DNA of 64,000 bases from Thermoanaerobaculia bacterium (GTDB taxonomy: Bacteria > Acidobacteriota > Thermoanaerobaculia > UBA5066): assembly GCA_963816185.1 (NCBI GenBank), contig CAWFJJ010000030.1, forward strand, positions 192,001-256,000, read 5' to 3'. The translations under genes were made by a program, and so were the position numbers. Positions 1 through 10,490 of the stretch are shown piece by piece. The notes beneath the pieces were generated by a model. It was given only the letters and a program-made list of their open reading frames with translations, searched no databases and was not told the DNA's origin. The first letter of the stretch is position 1; each line of letters begins with the position of its first letter.

Positions 1-1
1 C

Positions 2-2701
2 GCTCCGGGGCTCGCCCGCCGCCTCAAAGAGGCGGGCGTGAAGGCGCACGTGGTCGTCCTCGCCTACGACCACCGCGAGCTCGCCCTGCTCCTCGAGCGG
101 CACGACGTCTCCGCGCTCGACGGAATCTACCTGTGGCGAGGAGACGTGCGGATCCTCCTGGCCATCGTGAAGGTCGTCGAGGACCGCATGAACCTCGCGC
201 ACGACACGGGCGTGAAGGGGGTCCAGGCGATCATTCTCGTCGAGGACAGCGTTCCGTTCGCCTCTTCCTTCCTGCCGGTGCTCTACACCGAGGTCATCAA
301 GCAGTCGCACAACCTCGCGCCCGAGGGGATCAACCTCTCCCACAAGCTCATGCGGCTCAAGGCGCGGCCGAAGATCGTCCTCTGCCGCACCTTCGAGGAG
401 GCCTGGGACCTGTTCGAGACTTACCGGGAGAACATCCTGGGAATCATTTCCGACATCGAGTTCCCGCGGGGCGGAACGCTCACCCCGCTGGCCGGCGTGG
501 AGCTGGCGCGAAGGGTGCGCGAGGAGCAGCCCGACGTGCCGTTCATGCTCCAGTCCAGCCGCCTGGAGAACGCGGCTCTCGCGAAGGAGGTGGGCGCCAC
601 CTTCCACCTGAAGGGCTCGCCCGTCCTGCTCCAGCAGCTCCGGCACTTCATGGTCGAGAACTTCGGCTTCGGCGACTTCCTCTTCCGCCTGCCCGACGGC
701 ACGGAGGTGGGCCGGGCACACGACCTGAAGACTCTGGAGGAGATGCTCCATACGGTTCCCGCGGCCTGCCTCGCCTATCACGGCGAGCGAAATCACTTCT
801 CGACCTGGCTGAAGGCGCGCACCGAGTTCGCCCTGGCCCACAGTCTGAGGCCGCGCACCGTCGCCGACTTCGGCGGCCTGGAGAACCTGAGGCGGGAGCT
901 GATCCGCTCGATCCAGGAGTACCGCACGCAACGGGGCCGGCGCATCGTGGCCGATTTCGACCGCGCGACGTTCGACGGCTCCGCGGGATTCTGGCGCCTT
1001 GGCGCCGGCTCTCTCGGCGGCAAGGCCCGCGGCCTCGCTTTCGTGAACGTGCTCCTGGACGACGACCGGGTCCGCAGCCGCTTTCGGAACGTGAACATCT
1101 GCGTTCCGTCCGCCGTCGTCCTCGGCGCGGACGTCTTCGACAGGTTTCTCGACGAGAACGGCCTGCGCGACTTCGCGATCGAGACGGACGACGACGCGGC
1201 CATCCGCCGACGCTTCCACGCGGCCAAGTTCCCCGAGGAGACGGCTCAGGACCTGGACGCGTATCTCAGAGCGGCTTCTTACCCGATCGCCGTGCGCTCC
1301 TCGAGCCTGCTGGAGGATTCGCAGTACCAGCCCTTCGCGGGCGTCTACGAGACGTACATGCTGCCGAACAACCACGGCAGCCGCGCGATCCGCCTCTCCC
1401 AGCTCCTCGCGGCCATCAAGAGGGTTTACGCCTCGACGTTCTCGCACCGCGCGAAATCCTATCTCGACGCCACTCCCTACCGCCTCGAAGAGGAGAAGAT
1501 GGCCGTCGTCCTGCAGCGCATCGTGGGAGCCTCGCACGGCGGCCGCTTCTACCCGTCCATCTCGGGCGTGGCGCGGTCGCACAACTTCTATCCGTCGCCG
1601 CCGATCCGGACGGAGGACGGCATCGCGGCCGTCGCCCTCGGCTTCGGCGAGAGCGTCGTGGACGGCGAAGCCTGCGTGAGGTTCTGCCCGAAATACCCCC
1701 GCCACCTCGTGCAGTTCTCGTCGGTCGGGGACATCCGCCAGAATTCGCAGAGGGAATTCTTCGCCCTGGACCTGCACGACTCGCAGGCGCGACCCGCCCT
1801 CCACGAGTTCGTGCTCGAGCGCCACGGCCTCGAGACGGCCGAGGAGGATGGGACGCTGGCTCAGGTGGGCTCGACGTACTCTCCGGAGAACGAGGCCGTC
1901 TACGACGGCGTTTCGCGCCCCGGGGTCCGACTCGTCACGTTCGCTCCGATCCTCAAGCACGAGACCTTCCCGTTGGCCGAGATCCTGGCCGCGCTGCTTC
2001 ACGTCGCGACCCGCGGCACGGGCGCCCCGGTGGAGATCGAGTTCGCCGTCGACCTCCTGAGCCCGGAGAGCGCGCTGAAGGAGTTCGGCTTCCTGCAGCT
2101 CCGCCCGCTGGCCCTCTCGAGGGAGTTGGCCGAGCTGCGGATCGGCGAGGTGAACCGGGAGGACCTCGTCTGCCAGAGCGCGACCGTCCTGGGGAACGGC
2201 CGCATCGAAGACGTGCGCGACCTGGTCGTCGTCGACTACGACCGCTTCGACCGCACGAAGAGCCATGTCGCGGCGGACGAGGTTGCCGCCTTCAACACGA
2301 ACCTCTCGAGCCGGGGAATCCCCTACGTCCTCATCGGAGTCGGTCGTTGGGGCTCGGCGGACCCGTTCCTCGGGATTCCGGTCACGTGGGACCAGATCTC
2401 GGGGGCGCGCGTCATCGTCGAGGCCGGCTTCAAGGACTTCCGGGTGACGCCCTCACAGGGCACTCATTTCTTCCAGAACCTCACGGCCAACAACACGGGC
2501 TACTTCACCGTCAACCCGGAGCTGGGAGACGGCTTCGTCGACTGGGATTGGCTCTCGGCGCAGCCGGTCGTGAGCGCGAAGTCGTGCGTGAGGCACCTGA
2601 GCTTCGAGAGCCCTGTCCTCATCAAGATGAACGGCCGCAGGAACGAAGGCGTCATCCTGAAGCCCTCGTCCCCAGAGTCAGGGGCCGCGCCGCATCGGTG
2701 A
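2..2701 (+). CDS. Receiver-like + DUF5752-like + PEP-synthase/PPDK N-terminal (ATP-grasp) domain protein; 5' truncated by the window edge
   Basis: Frame is open from position 2. Receiver-like segments (AIILVEDS, LGIISDIEFP), a GERNHFSTWL motif, PPDK_N motifs LGGKARGL, AVRSSSLLED, FAGVYET and EEEKMAVVLQ, and C-terminal GRWGSADP..SQGTHFF. Confidence 0.85.
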   Translation, partial: APGLARRLKEAGVKAHVVVLAYDHRELALLLERHDVSALDGIYLWRGDVRILLAIVKVVEDRMNLAHDTGVKGVQAIILVEDSVPFASSFLPVLYTEVIKQSHNLAPEGINLSHKLMRLKARPKIVLCRTFEEAWDLFETYRENILGIISDIEFPRGGTLTPLAGVELARRVREEQPDVPFMLQSSRLENAALAKEVGATFHLKGSPVLLQQLRHFMVENFGFGDFLFRLPDGTEVGRAHDLKTLEEMLHTVPAACLAYHGERNHFSTWLKARTEFALAHSLRPRTVADFGGLENLRRELIRSIQEYRTQRGRRIVADFDRATFDGSAGFWRLGAGSLGGKARGLAFVNVLLDDDRVRSRFRNVNICVPSAVVLGADVFDRFLDENGLRDFAIETDDDAAIRRRFHAAKFPEETAQDLDAYLRAASYPIAVRSSSLLEDSQYQPFAGVYETYMLPNNHGSRAIRLSQLLAAIKRVYASTFSHRAKSYLDATPYRLEEEKMAVVLQRIVGASHGGRFYPSISGVARSHNFYPSPPIRTEDGIAAVALGFGESVVDGEACVRFCPKYPRHLVQFSSVGDIRQNSQREFFALDLHDSQARPALHEFVLERHGLETAEEDGTLAQVGSTYSPENEAVYDGVSRPGVRLVTFAPILKHETFPLAEILAALLHVATRGTGAPVEIEFAVDLLSPESALKEFGFLQLRPLALSRELAELRIGEVNREDLVCQSATVLGNGRIEDVRDLVVVDYDRFDRTKSHVAADEVAAFNTNLSSRGIPYVLIGVGRWGSADPFLGIPVTWDQISGARVIVEAGFKDFRVTPSQGTHFFQNLTANNTGYFTVNPELGDGFVDWDWLSAQPVVSAKSCVRHLSFESPVLIKMNGRRNEGVILKPSSPESGAAPHR

Positions 2702-5700
2702 CGGCCCCGATCTTCGCCGCGTAACCCGAGGCTCTCTCGATCTCCTCGTCGGTCACGACGTGGACGTCCAGCAAGCCTGAGGTCGTGATTCCGGTGCGCA
2801 GGTAGTTCATCTCGGACAGGCAGAGGCTCCAACCCTCCAGCCAGGCCAGCAAATCCCTTCGCATTTCCGGATCGCCGGAGAAGCGGACGAGGAGGTTGAT
2901 GTCGCTGCCGGGCCCCGCCGTCCCGTTCTTGGTGCTGCCAAAGAGATAGAGCCCTTTGATGCCGAACCGTGCAGAGTCGGCCACGGCGGCGATGCGCTCG
3001 GCCATCCGCAGGCGCCAGCGCGCGTGATCCTCGGGGAGCGCCGGCTCGGGGACCCGCTTCCTTTCCGCCGACGCGTCCGTACCGCCTCCCGGGCTCGCCA
3101 GGAACCCGACCGCACGATCCTGGTCGGCGTTCAGAAGAACGCGCAGGACGAGCCCTCCCGTGGCGCGGGGAACGTCGATGACCCGGACCGTGCCCGCGAG
3201 GTCCGCAAACTCCGGTGCCACGTTCGCCAGAATGTCCGGCGTCTCTCTCAGGAACTTTTCGTGAAACGCGATGTCGGGATCGTCCGGAAAGAGCGGCAGG
3301 TAACGGATCGAGGCTTCGACCAGATCCTGAAAAAAGTGGGTGCCAAAGGAGACGTCCGGGACGTAATTTCCCCTTTTCCGCGCGATCTCGACGAGGGCCG
3401 CGGTGTTGTTGATATCCGAGTATGTGACGGGTACGCCGAGCTTCACGTCGCCGCGGCTGCCCCAGCGGCCGGGCCCCATGAGGATGAACTGTCTCTTTGG
3501 CAGGACCTTGTTGAGCCGACCCACGGCGCGTCCCACGTGCCTCAGGCTGTCGCCATCTTCGAGCGCCGCGTAGCGCTCGGGGTCCACGTAGACGATGTGA
3601 GTGATGTCCGGTATCCGGCCGTTCGAGACGTAGCGTTTCGCCTCGAAGATCACCTTGTCGGCCGGAAGGTCCTGGGGGATCGGCGCCGACGCCACGTCCT
3701 CCGAGAAGCTCTGTGGCCTGCATTGCAGGAGATAGAAGTCCTTTCCGTCGGAAGCGAACTCGATGTCCACCGGCCCGCCGGTCTTCTCCCTCAGAAGGCG
3801 GAGCAGCGCGCGCATCTGGGCGAGGAACGGCGTGGACTCGATGAGAGAGTCGAACGTGACGACGAGGCGGTCCGTGTCCGACGCCCAGTCGACCAGGAGG
3901 GGGCGCCGAATGCTCTCGCCATCCGCGAGCGAGACGATCTGTTGCATGCCGGGGATCTCCGCGCCGCACTCAGAGAGGAGGTCCTTCAAGGTGACCGTCT
4001 CGAAATGCGCCGACTCCAGGTTGATGACGTCCAGCTTCCTCGGCGAATAGCGGACCACCTCGTCGGGAGTGACGTTCACCCTCAGGCCGGGCTGGCCCGG
4101 TGCGATCAGCACCGGATAGTCGTCGCCGAGGCGGTCTACGGCGCGCGTTCCGAGGCCCGCCACGAGGCGGACCAGACCGTCCTCTCGCTTGATCCGTGCC
4201 GACCAGCGGAATTCGTTGTTGGAGAATGCCACTCCGGCGAAGGTCGGCAGGAAATACTTGCCGGCACGGCTGCCCACGACTTCCTGGATCATCACGCCCA
4301 TTTCCTCGTGCACGTCCAGGAGACCGCGCGCGGCGCGGTATTCGATGGGATCCGGCCCGAAGATCGAGGCATAGACCTCGGCGATGGCGTCCATCAGCGC
4401 GTTCAGGCGCTCGCTCTTCGTGCCCTGGTTGGCCAGGAAGAGGCTCTTGTACTTGCCGGAGAACGCCGACCCGATGCGGTCCTCCAGGAGGCTGGAGCTG
4501 CGCACGATGAGGGGACGGCCCTCGAGGTCGTCGAGCGCGACCGACAGGCCCTTGATGATTTCCGGCGAAAAGTGGGAGTCCTTGAAGACCTGGACGATGT
4601 GCGGGTACTCGCGCCGCACCTCCTCGATCTCCAGGTACTTCCGGTTGTACACATCCTGTAGCTGATTGAACTCGATGAAGTTCAGAACTCCGTCCGACGT
4701 GACGTACCACGTTTTGGGGATCCGGATGCGTCCAAGCGCGGCGGCGTATTCGGGAGATTTCTTCACGATCTGGGCCGCCAGGAACAGCCCCGAGCTTTTC
4801 CCTCCGAGCTTGCCGTGGCTCCTCGGAGGACAGATGACGCGGCGGGAAAGCTCGTAAAAGTCGCTCACGTCGATGTAGTTCTTGGCCGTGCCGACGAAGT
4901 CGAGGTCATCGGTGAGGAACCGGCGGATCAACGAGACCCTCAATTCGACCTGCACGGTGCGGGAAAGCTCGTGGTCGTCGACGGCCGCGTTGTGAAAGCG
5001 GCCCAGCGCCTGAGCGATCTCCATCAATGGGGTTCCCAGGTTCTCGACCGCCTCGACCAGGAAGCCGGACTTCTCGTCCCGGATCCATTTCTGGATGCAC
5101 GAGAGGATCTCGTCGGAAGCGAGGTGCTCGGAGGCGATGCGGAAAACCTTGTCGGCAACCTTGACCAAAGAGTCGATGCCCCGCCGCTCTACGGGCCGGT
5201 TCTCGCCTCCGCCCTCTTCGGGGCCGCCGCTCCGGCCTGCGGTGAAGTGCGGCAGCAGGTCCTGTGCCTCGGCGACGCCGTTCCAGCAAAGGTAGTTGAT
5301 CATCCGGCGCGAGACCCGCATCAGCAGGTGCTCGTCGGTCTTGCGCAGGAAGTCGATGATGACCCACCAGTCCCCGCGGGGGGGCGCCGCCCGGAGGCCG
5401 TCGAGCGCCTCCTGCCGGCCCTGGATCCTGTCCAGCAGCTTGCGGTGCAGGAGGAGCTGCCCGAGCCGCTCGGCGATCGTGTCGATGAGCTTCCTCTCCT
5501 CTTTCAGGAACGGACCCTCGTCGGAGTCGGGCATCTCCTTGACGTAAAACACCTCTACGCTGCCAATCACGAGACCCTGCACACGGATCGGCGCCACCTG
5601 AACCCAGGGTGTGCCGGTCAATCCCGGCGGCTCGTAGACCACGCCGTCCGCTGTGATCCGCGCCAGGCACTCGGCCGGGTATTGCCAGCCCGGCGGGAGG

Positions 5701-5846
5701 ATGTCGATGACGTCCCGGAAGATCTCGTCCAGCGAGGCCTGCGGCCGGTTGCAGATCTCGTTCACCCGGTAGAGGCAGGAGAGCTCCTTGGCGCGCTCCT
5801 GCAGGGCGTCAAGGATCGTATCGACGGAGCCGTCCTGTGAGGTCAT
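2652..5846 (-). CDS. GAF-like + PEP-synthase N-terminal (ATP-grasp) + C-terminal nucleotidyltransferase-fold protein
   Basis: Likely start ATG 5846 (MTSQDGS) overlaps the upstream stop (ATGA). Motifs: ERAKEL..PPGWQYP..GPFLKEE sensor segment, LGGKSSG, IVRSSSLLED, FSGKY, GRWGS..SFGTHFF, and LYLFGSTKNGTAGPGSDINLLV. Confidence 0.85.
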   Translation of the reverse strand: MTSQDGSVDTILDALQERAKELSCLYRVNEICNRPQASLDEIFRDVIDILPPGWQYPAECLARITADGVVYEPPGLTGTPWVQVAPIRVQGLVIGSVEVFYVKEMPDSDEGPFLKEERKLIDTIAERLGQLLLHRKLLDRIQGRQEALDGLRAAPPRGDWWVIIDFLRKTDEHLLMRVSRRMINYLCWNGVAEAQDLLPHFTAGRSGGPEEGGGENRPVERRGIDSLVKVADKVFRIASEHLASDEILSCIQKWIRDEKSGFLVEAVENLGTPLMEIAQALGRFHNAAVDDHELSRTVQVELRVSLIRRFLTDDLDFVGTAKNYIDVSDFYELSRRVICPPRSHGKLGGKSSGLFLAAQIVKKSPEYAAALGRIRIPKTWYVTSDGVLNFIEFNQLQDVYNRKYLEIEEVRREYPHIVQVFKDSHFSPEIIKGLSVALDDLEGRPLIVRSSSLLEDRIGSAFSGKYKSLFLANQGTKSERLNALMDAIAEVYASIFGPDPIEYRAARGLLDVHEEMGVMIQEVVGSRAGKYFLPTFAGVAFSNNEFRWSARIKREDGLVRLVAGLGTRAVDRLGDDYPVLIAPGQPGLRVNVTPDEVVRYSPRKLDVINLESAHFETVTLKDLLSECGAEIPGMQQIVSLADGESIRRPLLVDWASDTDRLVVTFDSLIESTPFLAQMRALLRLLREKTGGPVDIEFASDGKDFYLLQCRPQSFSEDVASAPIPQDLPADKVIFEAKRYVSNGRIPDITHIVYVDPERYAALEDGDSLRHVGRAVGRLNKVLPKRQFILMGPGRWGSRGDVKLGVPVTYSDINNTAALVEIARKRGNYVPDVSFGTHFFQDLVEASIRYLPLFPDDPDIAFHEKFLRETPDILANVAPEFADLAGTVRVIDVPRATGGLVLRVLLNADQDRAVGFLASPGGGTDASAERKRVPEPALPEDHARWRLRMAERIAAVADSARFGIKGLYLFGSTKNGTAGPGSDINLLVRFSGDPEMRRDLLAWLEGWSLCLSEMNYLRTGITTSGLLDVHVVTDEEIERASGYAAKIGAVTDAARPLTLGTRASG

Positions 5847-7597
5847 GTCTCCTCGTCGCGCCTCCAGATGATCCCACGCCCCGTGCGACCATCCACCTCC
5901 ACGCGCAGAGGACCGTCGGAGCGAACGTGGCGGACGAAGGGCCCCTCCTCGACCGCCGGCCGGTTTTCCAGCCATTCCCAGTCGAGCGTGCCCGATCCCT
6001 CGGGAGGCAGGGAGAAGTAGCTCACGCCGAAGCTCGAGATGTTGTGGAAGAAGTGCGAGCCCTGGCTCATCTCGATGCCTCGCTCGGGCCGCGACGCCTC
6101 GACGAGGACCTTGGCTCCCGCCACGTCTCCCCACACCACGGGGACGCCGAGCCACGGATCGGCGCTGCCCCAGCGCCCGAAGCCGATGAGGATGTACGGC
6201 GCGCCTTCTTCGAGCAGGGCACGATTCCTCGCGGCGATCTCCTCCGCGACCTCGCGCGCGCGGCGCGCGTCGAAGCGATCGGAAGGCAGGTACACGACGT
6301 CGCGGATCCCGTCGACGATCCCGTTTCCCATGACCTGGTCCGACGAGAGAAGAACCTTGAAGCCGGGCCGCGCGGTCTGGGTGACGTCGACGCTCTCCGT
6401 CGAGACCGCCATACGTCGCACCTGGAGAAGGCCGAGCCTGAGAGGCGGCTCCCGCCGCGGCTCGAGCGTCGCGGCAAACTCGATCTCGACCGGCCCGCCG
6501 GCCGCCTTCCCGCAGGCCGAAAGAAGGGACTTGACCACGTCGTTCAGCGGGTATTGGTCGTGGACGAGGAGCGGCGCGAAGTTCAGAACTCGCGGCCCGG
6601 CCATACCCGTTCCGGGCACCAGCCGGTCCGAGCCGGCGTTCCACGTGGAGGCCAGAGAAGGCAGCGTGCCGTCCTCTTCGGCGTCCGTGAGAGAGCCCTT
6701 CACGAGGTACTCGGTCTCGCGCACCGGATCGTAAGCGGGGGGCTTTCCCATGTTCACGGCCCAGAACTCGGTCTGCGAGCTCTTGAGGAGGTCGGCGGCC
6801 GAGGTGAAGGGCGCGGGCGCGCGCGGATGTGCTGGCGAGTAAGTCCAGGAAGCCCCTCCGTCCACGATCGTCTTTCCCAGACCGAGCGCCAGGAGCACGA
6901 CCCCGTCCTCCGGACGTGCCGAGCCGAAGCGGTAAAAGCCGTACGAACGCGCCACTCCGGAGATGTCGGGGTAGTAGCGCTCTCGGTGCCGGCGGCCCAC
7001 GACCTCCTGCAGCAGCACCGCCATCTTCTCGTCCCGAGGTCCGGCGTCGACCGTCATCCGGTACGACTTCGCGCCGCTGAAATACGTGGAGGCCCACCCC
7101 AGCTTCACCGCCTCGGCCAGCTTCCGGAACCGCGTGTCCGGCGCGAGCTCGTTGTTCGGGATCATCTTCGTCGCGTAGACGCCCGCAAAGGGGCGCTCCA
7201 GGGCGTCTTCCAGGAGGCTCGAGGACCGGACGGCGAGGGGGGCGTGGATGTGATCGGCAAGCGCGCGAAGGTCACCCACGAGATCCGCAGGAAGGTCGCC
7301 CTTCTGGAAGGCGCGGGCGATGGCATCGTCGCTCTCGCCCGAAAGGGCTACCTCCTCGAGGCGGTTCTCTTCCATGAAGCGGTCGAAGCGCTCGGTCGTG
7401 ACCACCGACATCGTGGGGATCGAGACCTCGAACTCCGGCGAGGCGCCCGCGAAGGCCGAAGCCAGCGTGTCGCGAATCCGGATCAGCCCGGCGGCCTTTC
7501 CTCCGACAGGCCCCTCCCCCATCCGCGTCGCGGGCTCCCTTCCGTCGAAGAGGCTCCGGTCGAAGCGCGGAAGCGCGGGCTCTGTCGCGTTCGTCAT
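5843..7597 (-). CDS. Stand-alone PEP-synthase N-terminal (ATP-grasp) domain protein
   Basis: VGGKAAGL, AVRSSSLLED, FAGVYAT, DEKMAVLLQE, GRWGSADP and SQGSHFF; paralogous to the two neighbours. Confidence 0.85.
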   Translation of the reverse strand: MTNATEPALPRFDRSLFDGREPATRMGEGPVGGKAAGLIRIRDTLASAFAGASPEFEVSIPTMSVVTTERFDRFMEENRLEEVALSGESDDAIARAFQKGDLPADLVGDLRALADHIHAPLAVRSSSLLEDALERPFAGVYATKMIPNNELAPDTRFRKLAEAVKLGWASTYFSGAKSYRMTVDAGPRDEKMAVLLQEVVGRRHRERYYPDISGVARSYGFYRFGSARPEDGVVLLALGLGKTIVDGGASWTYSPAHPRAPAPFTSAADLLKSSQTEFWAVNMGKPPAYDPVRETEYLVKGSLTDAEEDGTLPSLASTWNAGSDRLVPGTGMAGPRVLNFAPLLVHDQYPLNDVVKSLLSACGKAAGGPVEIEFAATLEPRREPPLRLGLLQVRRMAVSTESVDVTQTARPGFKVLLSSDQVMGNGIVDGIRDVVYLPSDRFDARRAREVAEEIAARNRALLEEGAPYILIGFGRWGSADPWLGVPVVWGDVAGAKVLVEASRPERGIEMSQGSHFFHNISSFGVSYFSLPPEGSGTLDWEWLENRPAVEEGPFVRHVRSDGPLRVEVDGRTGRGIIWRRDEET

Positions 7598-7615
7598 CGG
7601 CGTGTCCGCGCCGTG

Positions 7616-8899
7616 TCAGACCCAGCCGCGGTCGTGACAGGCCTTGGCGACCCGGCTGACGGCGATCACGTAGGCCGCGTCCCGCATGTAGAGCTTCTGC
7701 TTCTTCGCCAGGTCGGCCACGGCGTGAAAGGCCGAAGTCATCTTCACGTCCAGCTTCCCGAGGACCTCGTCCTGCTCCCAGAAGTAGTTCATGTTGCTCT
7801 GCACCTGCTCGAAGTAGCTGCACGTGACGCCGCCGGCATTCGCGAGAAAGTCGGGGAGGACGAAGATGCCGCGCTCCTGGATGACCTTGTCGGCCTCGGG
7901 CGTCGTGGGGCCGTTCGCGCCTTCGGCGATCACCTTCACGCGGTCCTTGATCTTCCGCGCGCTCTCGCCCGTGATCTGGTTCTCCATGGCCGACGGCATC
8001 AGGATGTCCACGTTCTGCTCGATCCAGGCCTCGCCCGGGAGGACTTGATACCCGAGCTTCGTCGCCTTGTCCTTGTCGATGCCGCCGAAGCGGTCCGTGA
8101 TGCCGAGGAGCGCGTCGGGATCCACCCCAGCCTCGTTCCGGAAGCAGTACGCCGCCTGATCGGCCTGGTCCCACGACGCGACGGCAATGACCTTTCCGCC
8201 CAGCTTCAGGTAGAGCCGGATGGCGTACTGCGCCACGTTTCCGAAGCCCTGAACGCTGGCCACGGTCTTGTCGACCTTCAGTCCGAGCAGCCGGAGCGCC
8301 TCTCGCAGCGCAAAGACGAGGCCGTAGCCCGTGGCCTCGGTTCGTCCGAGAGAGCCCCCCATTCCCACCGGTTTCCCCGTGATGAAACCCGGCTCCTTGG
8401 CGCCGTGGATCACCTCGAACTCGTCGAGCATCCAGAGCATGTGCTGGGGCGTCGTCATCACGTCGGGCGCCGGCACGTCCACGGCCGAGCCGACGTTCCG
8501 GGAGACCTGCCGGATCCAGCCCCGGCAGATCTGCTCCTGCTCGCGCGCGCTCAGGTTGTGGGGGTCGCAGATGACGCCGCCCTTCGCCCCGCCCAGCGGG
8601 ATGTCCACCACGGAGCATTTCCACGTCATCCACATCGCAAGGGCCCGCACGGTGTCGATCGTCTCCTGCGGGTGGAACCGGATTCCTCCCTTGCACGGGC
8701 CGCGGGCGTCGTTGTGCTGGACGCGGAATCCGCGAAAGACCTTCACGTTTCCGTCGTCCATGTGCACCGGAATGCCGAAGTGAAACTCGCGCAGCGGCCA
8801 CCTCAGGAGGTCGCGCGTGGCGCCGTCCAGTCCCAGGACGTCCGCTGATTTGTCGAACTGCGACTGCGCCATCTCGAACGGATTGAACGCACTTTTCAT
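7616..8899 (-). CDS. gdhA: Glu/Leu/Phe/Val dehydrogenase (glutamate dehydrogenase, small type)
   Basis: [43 protein letters not shown]; ATG 8899 has GGAG upstream. Confidence 0.9.
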   Translation of the reverse strand: MKSAFNPFEMAQSQFDKSADVLGLDGATRDLLRWPLREFHFGIPVHMDDGNVKVFRGFRVQHNDARGPCKGGIRFHPQETIDTVRALAMWMTWKCSVVDIPLGGAKGGVICDPHNLSAREQEQICRGWIRQVSRNVGSAVDVPAPDVMTTPQHMLWMLDEFEVIHGAKEPGFITGKPVGMGGSLGRTEATGYGLVFALREALRLLGLKVDKTVASVQGFGNVAQYAIRLYLKLGGKVIAVASWDQADQAAYCFRNEAGVDPDALLGITDRFGGIDKDKATKLGYQVLPGEAWIEQNVDILMPSAMENQITGESARKIKDRVKVIAEGANGPTTPEADKVIQERGIFVLPDFLANAGGVTCSYFEQVQSNMNYFWEQDEVLGKLDVKMTSAFHAVADLAKKQKLYMRDAAYVIAVSRVAKACHDRGWV

Positions 8900-9080
8900 G
8901 GGGGATCTCCCTCTCTTGTCCTGTCGTCGTGTATCCGACTGGAGGGCTGGAACACGGCGCCCTCTTCGAACCGGATCATCACCATCATCGTACTGGCCGG
9001 GCCCCGGCGCCGTCATGAGGCATATGGATCACCTCGACCCCGCCCAGGACCTCGCCTACACTCGGGAATTCGGAGGATCG

Positions 9081-10490
9081 ATGACTGCATCTAACGGCTT
9101 TTTGGAAACCGTCAACCGGAACTTCGACGCTGCCGCGGGCTATCTCGACTACCCGCCCGGACTCCTGGACCAGATCAAGGTCTGCAACAGCATCTACAAG
9201 TTCCGCTTCCCGGTCCGAAGGGAAGGGGGAGGCTACGAGGTCATCGAGGCCTGGCGCGCCGAGCACAGCCACCACAAGCTGCCCGTCAAGGGAGGAATCC
9301 GATACTCACCCGACGTCAACGAAGACGAGGTCCTCGCGCTCGCCGCTCTCATGACCTTCAAGTGCGCGATCGTCGACGTCCCGTTCGGCGGAGCGAAGGG
9401 CGGGATCAAGATCGACCCGCGGAAAGTGACCATCGAGCAGCTCGAGCGCATCACGCGCCGCTACACCGCCGAGCTCACGAAGAAGAATTTCATCGGGCCC
9501 GGGATCGACGTGCCCGCTCCCGACTACGGGACGGGCCCGCGCGAGATGTCCTGGATCGCCGACACGTACGCCCAGTTCCATCCCGGCGAGATCGACGCGA
9601 TCGGATGCGTGACGGGCAAGCCGATCAGCCAGGGCGGCATCCGTGGGCGCAAGGAAGCCACGGGCCGGGGCGTTTTCTTCGGCGTGAGGGAAGCTCTCGC
9701 GGACTCCGAGCTGATCAAGACGCTCGGCCTCTCCGGCGGCCTCGCGGGCAAGCGTGTCGTCGTGCAGGGACTCGGCAACGTCGGGTCGCACGCGGCCCGA
9801 TTTCTCCAGGAGGGCGGCGCCGTGATCGTCGGCCTCTCGGAGTGGGAAGGCGCGATCGCGAACCCGAAGGGCCTCGACATCGCCGCGGTGATGACGCACC
9901 GCGCCGCGACGCGGAAGATCACCGGCTTCCCTGGGGCGGCGGACCTCCCCGGCGAAGAGGCCTTGTTCCTCGACTGCGACATCCTCGTCCCGGCCGCGCT
10001 CGAGAACGTGATCTCGGGCGCGAACGCGTCGCAGGTCCGGGCGAAGATCATCGCCGAGGGCGCGAACGGCCCGATCACGGCCGACGGCGACGCGATCCTT
10101 CGTCAGAAGGGCATTTGCGTCATCCCCGACATGTACCTCAACGCGGGCGGCGTCACCGTCTCGTACTTCGAATGGCTGAAGAACCTCTCGCACGTCCGCT
10201 TCGGGCGGATGGAGAAGCGCTTCGAGGAGATGCGGGCCGAGGAGATGGTGAAGTCCATCGAAAGCGCGACGGGAAAGCCCCTTTCCTCGGGAGAGCGCAA
10301 GCTCGTCATTCACGGGGCCGAGGAGGAAGATCTCGTCAATTCGGGCCTCGAGGAGACCATGTCCGTCGCGTGGCAGCAGATCCGCGACGTCCATCGCAAG
10401 CACCCGAAATCGGACCTCCGCACCGCGGCTTTCATCTCCGCGATCGACAAGATCGCCGTCAGCTACATGGAGCTGGGAATCTTCCCGTAG
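9081..10490 (+). CDS. gdhA: Glutamate dehydrogenase, GLUD-like type with antenna-like C-terminal insertion
   Basis: GGAGG then ATG 9081; [42 protein letters not shown]. Confidence 0.9.
   Translation: MTASNGFLETVNRNFDAAAGYLDYPPGLLDQIKVCNSIYKFRFPVRREGGGYEVIEAWRAEHSHHKLPVKGGIRYSPDVNEDEVLALAALMTFKCAIVDVPFGGAKGGIKIDPRKVTIEQLERITRRYTAELTKKNFIGPGIDVPAPDYGTGPREMSWIADTYAQFHPGEIDAIGCVTGKPISQGGIRGRKEATGRGVFFGVREALADSELIKTLGLSGGLAGKRVVVQGLGNVGSHAARFLQEGGAVIVGLSEWEGAIANPKGLDIAAVMTHRAATRKITGFPGAADLPGEEALFLDCDILVPAALENVISGANASQVRAKIIAEGANGPITADGDAILRQKGICVIPDMYLNAGGVTVSYFEWLKNLSHVRFGRMEKRFEEMRAEEMVKSIESATGKPLSSGERKLVIHGAEEEDLVNSGLEETMSVAWQQIRDVHRKHPKSDLRTAAFISAIDKIAVSYMELGIFP

Noticed and set aside
133-2724. 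863-aa same-strand alternate-frame ORF
   Set aside because: Arg/Pro/Gly-rich shadow ORF, expected in high-GC DNA, with no motifs.
5847-7097. 417-codon N-terminal extension of the 1481-aa ORF
   Set aside because: It is an Arg/Gly/Ala-rich alternative frame over the real 5843..7597 gene. The ATGA-coupled start at 5846 explains the true protein.
5837-8848. Long antisense ORFs (also 29242..31203, 50075..52534, 56175..59084)
   Set aside because: They mirror real genes on the opposite strand. G/C-ending codons suppress antisense stops, and I recognise no domains in them.
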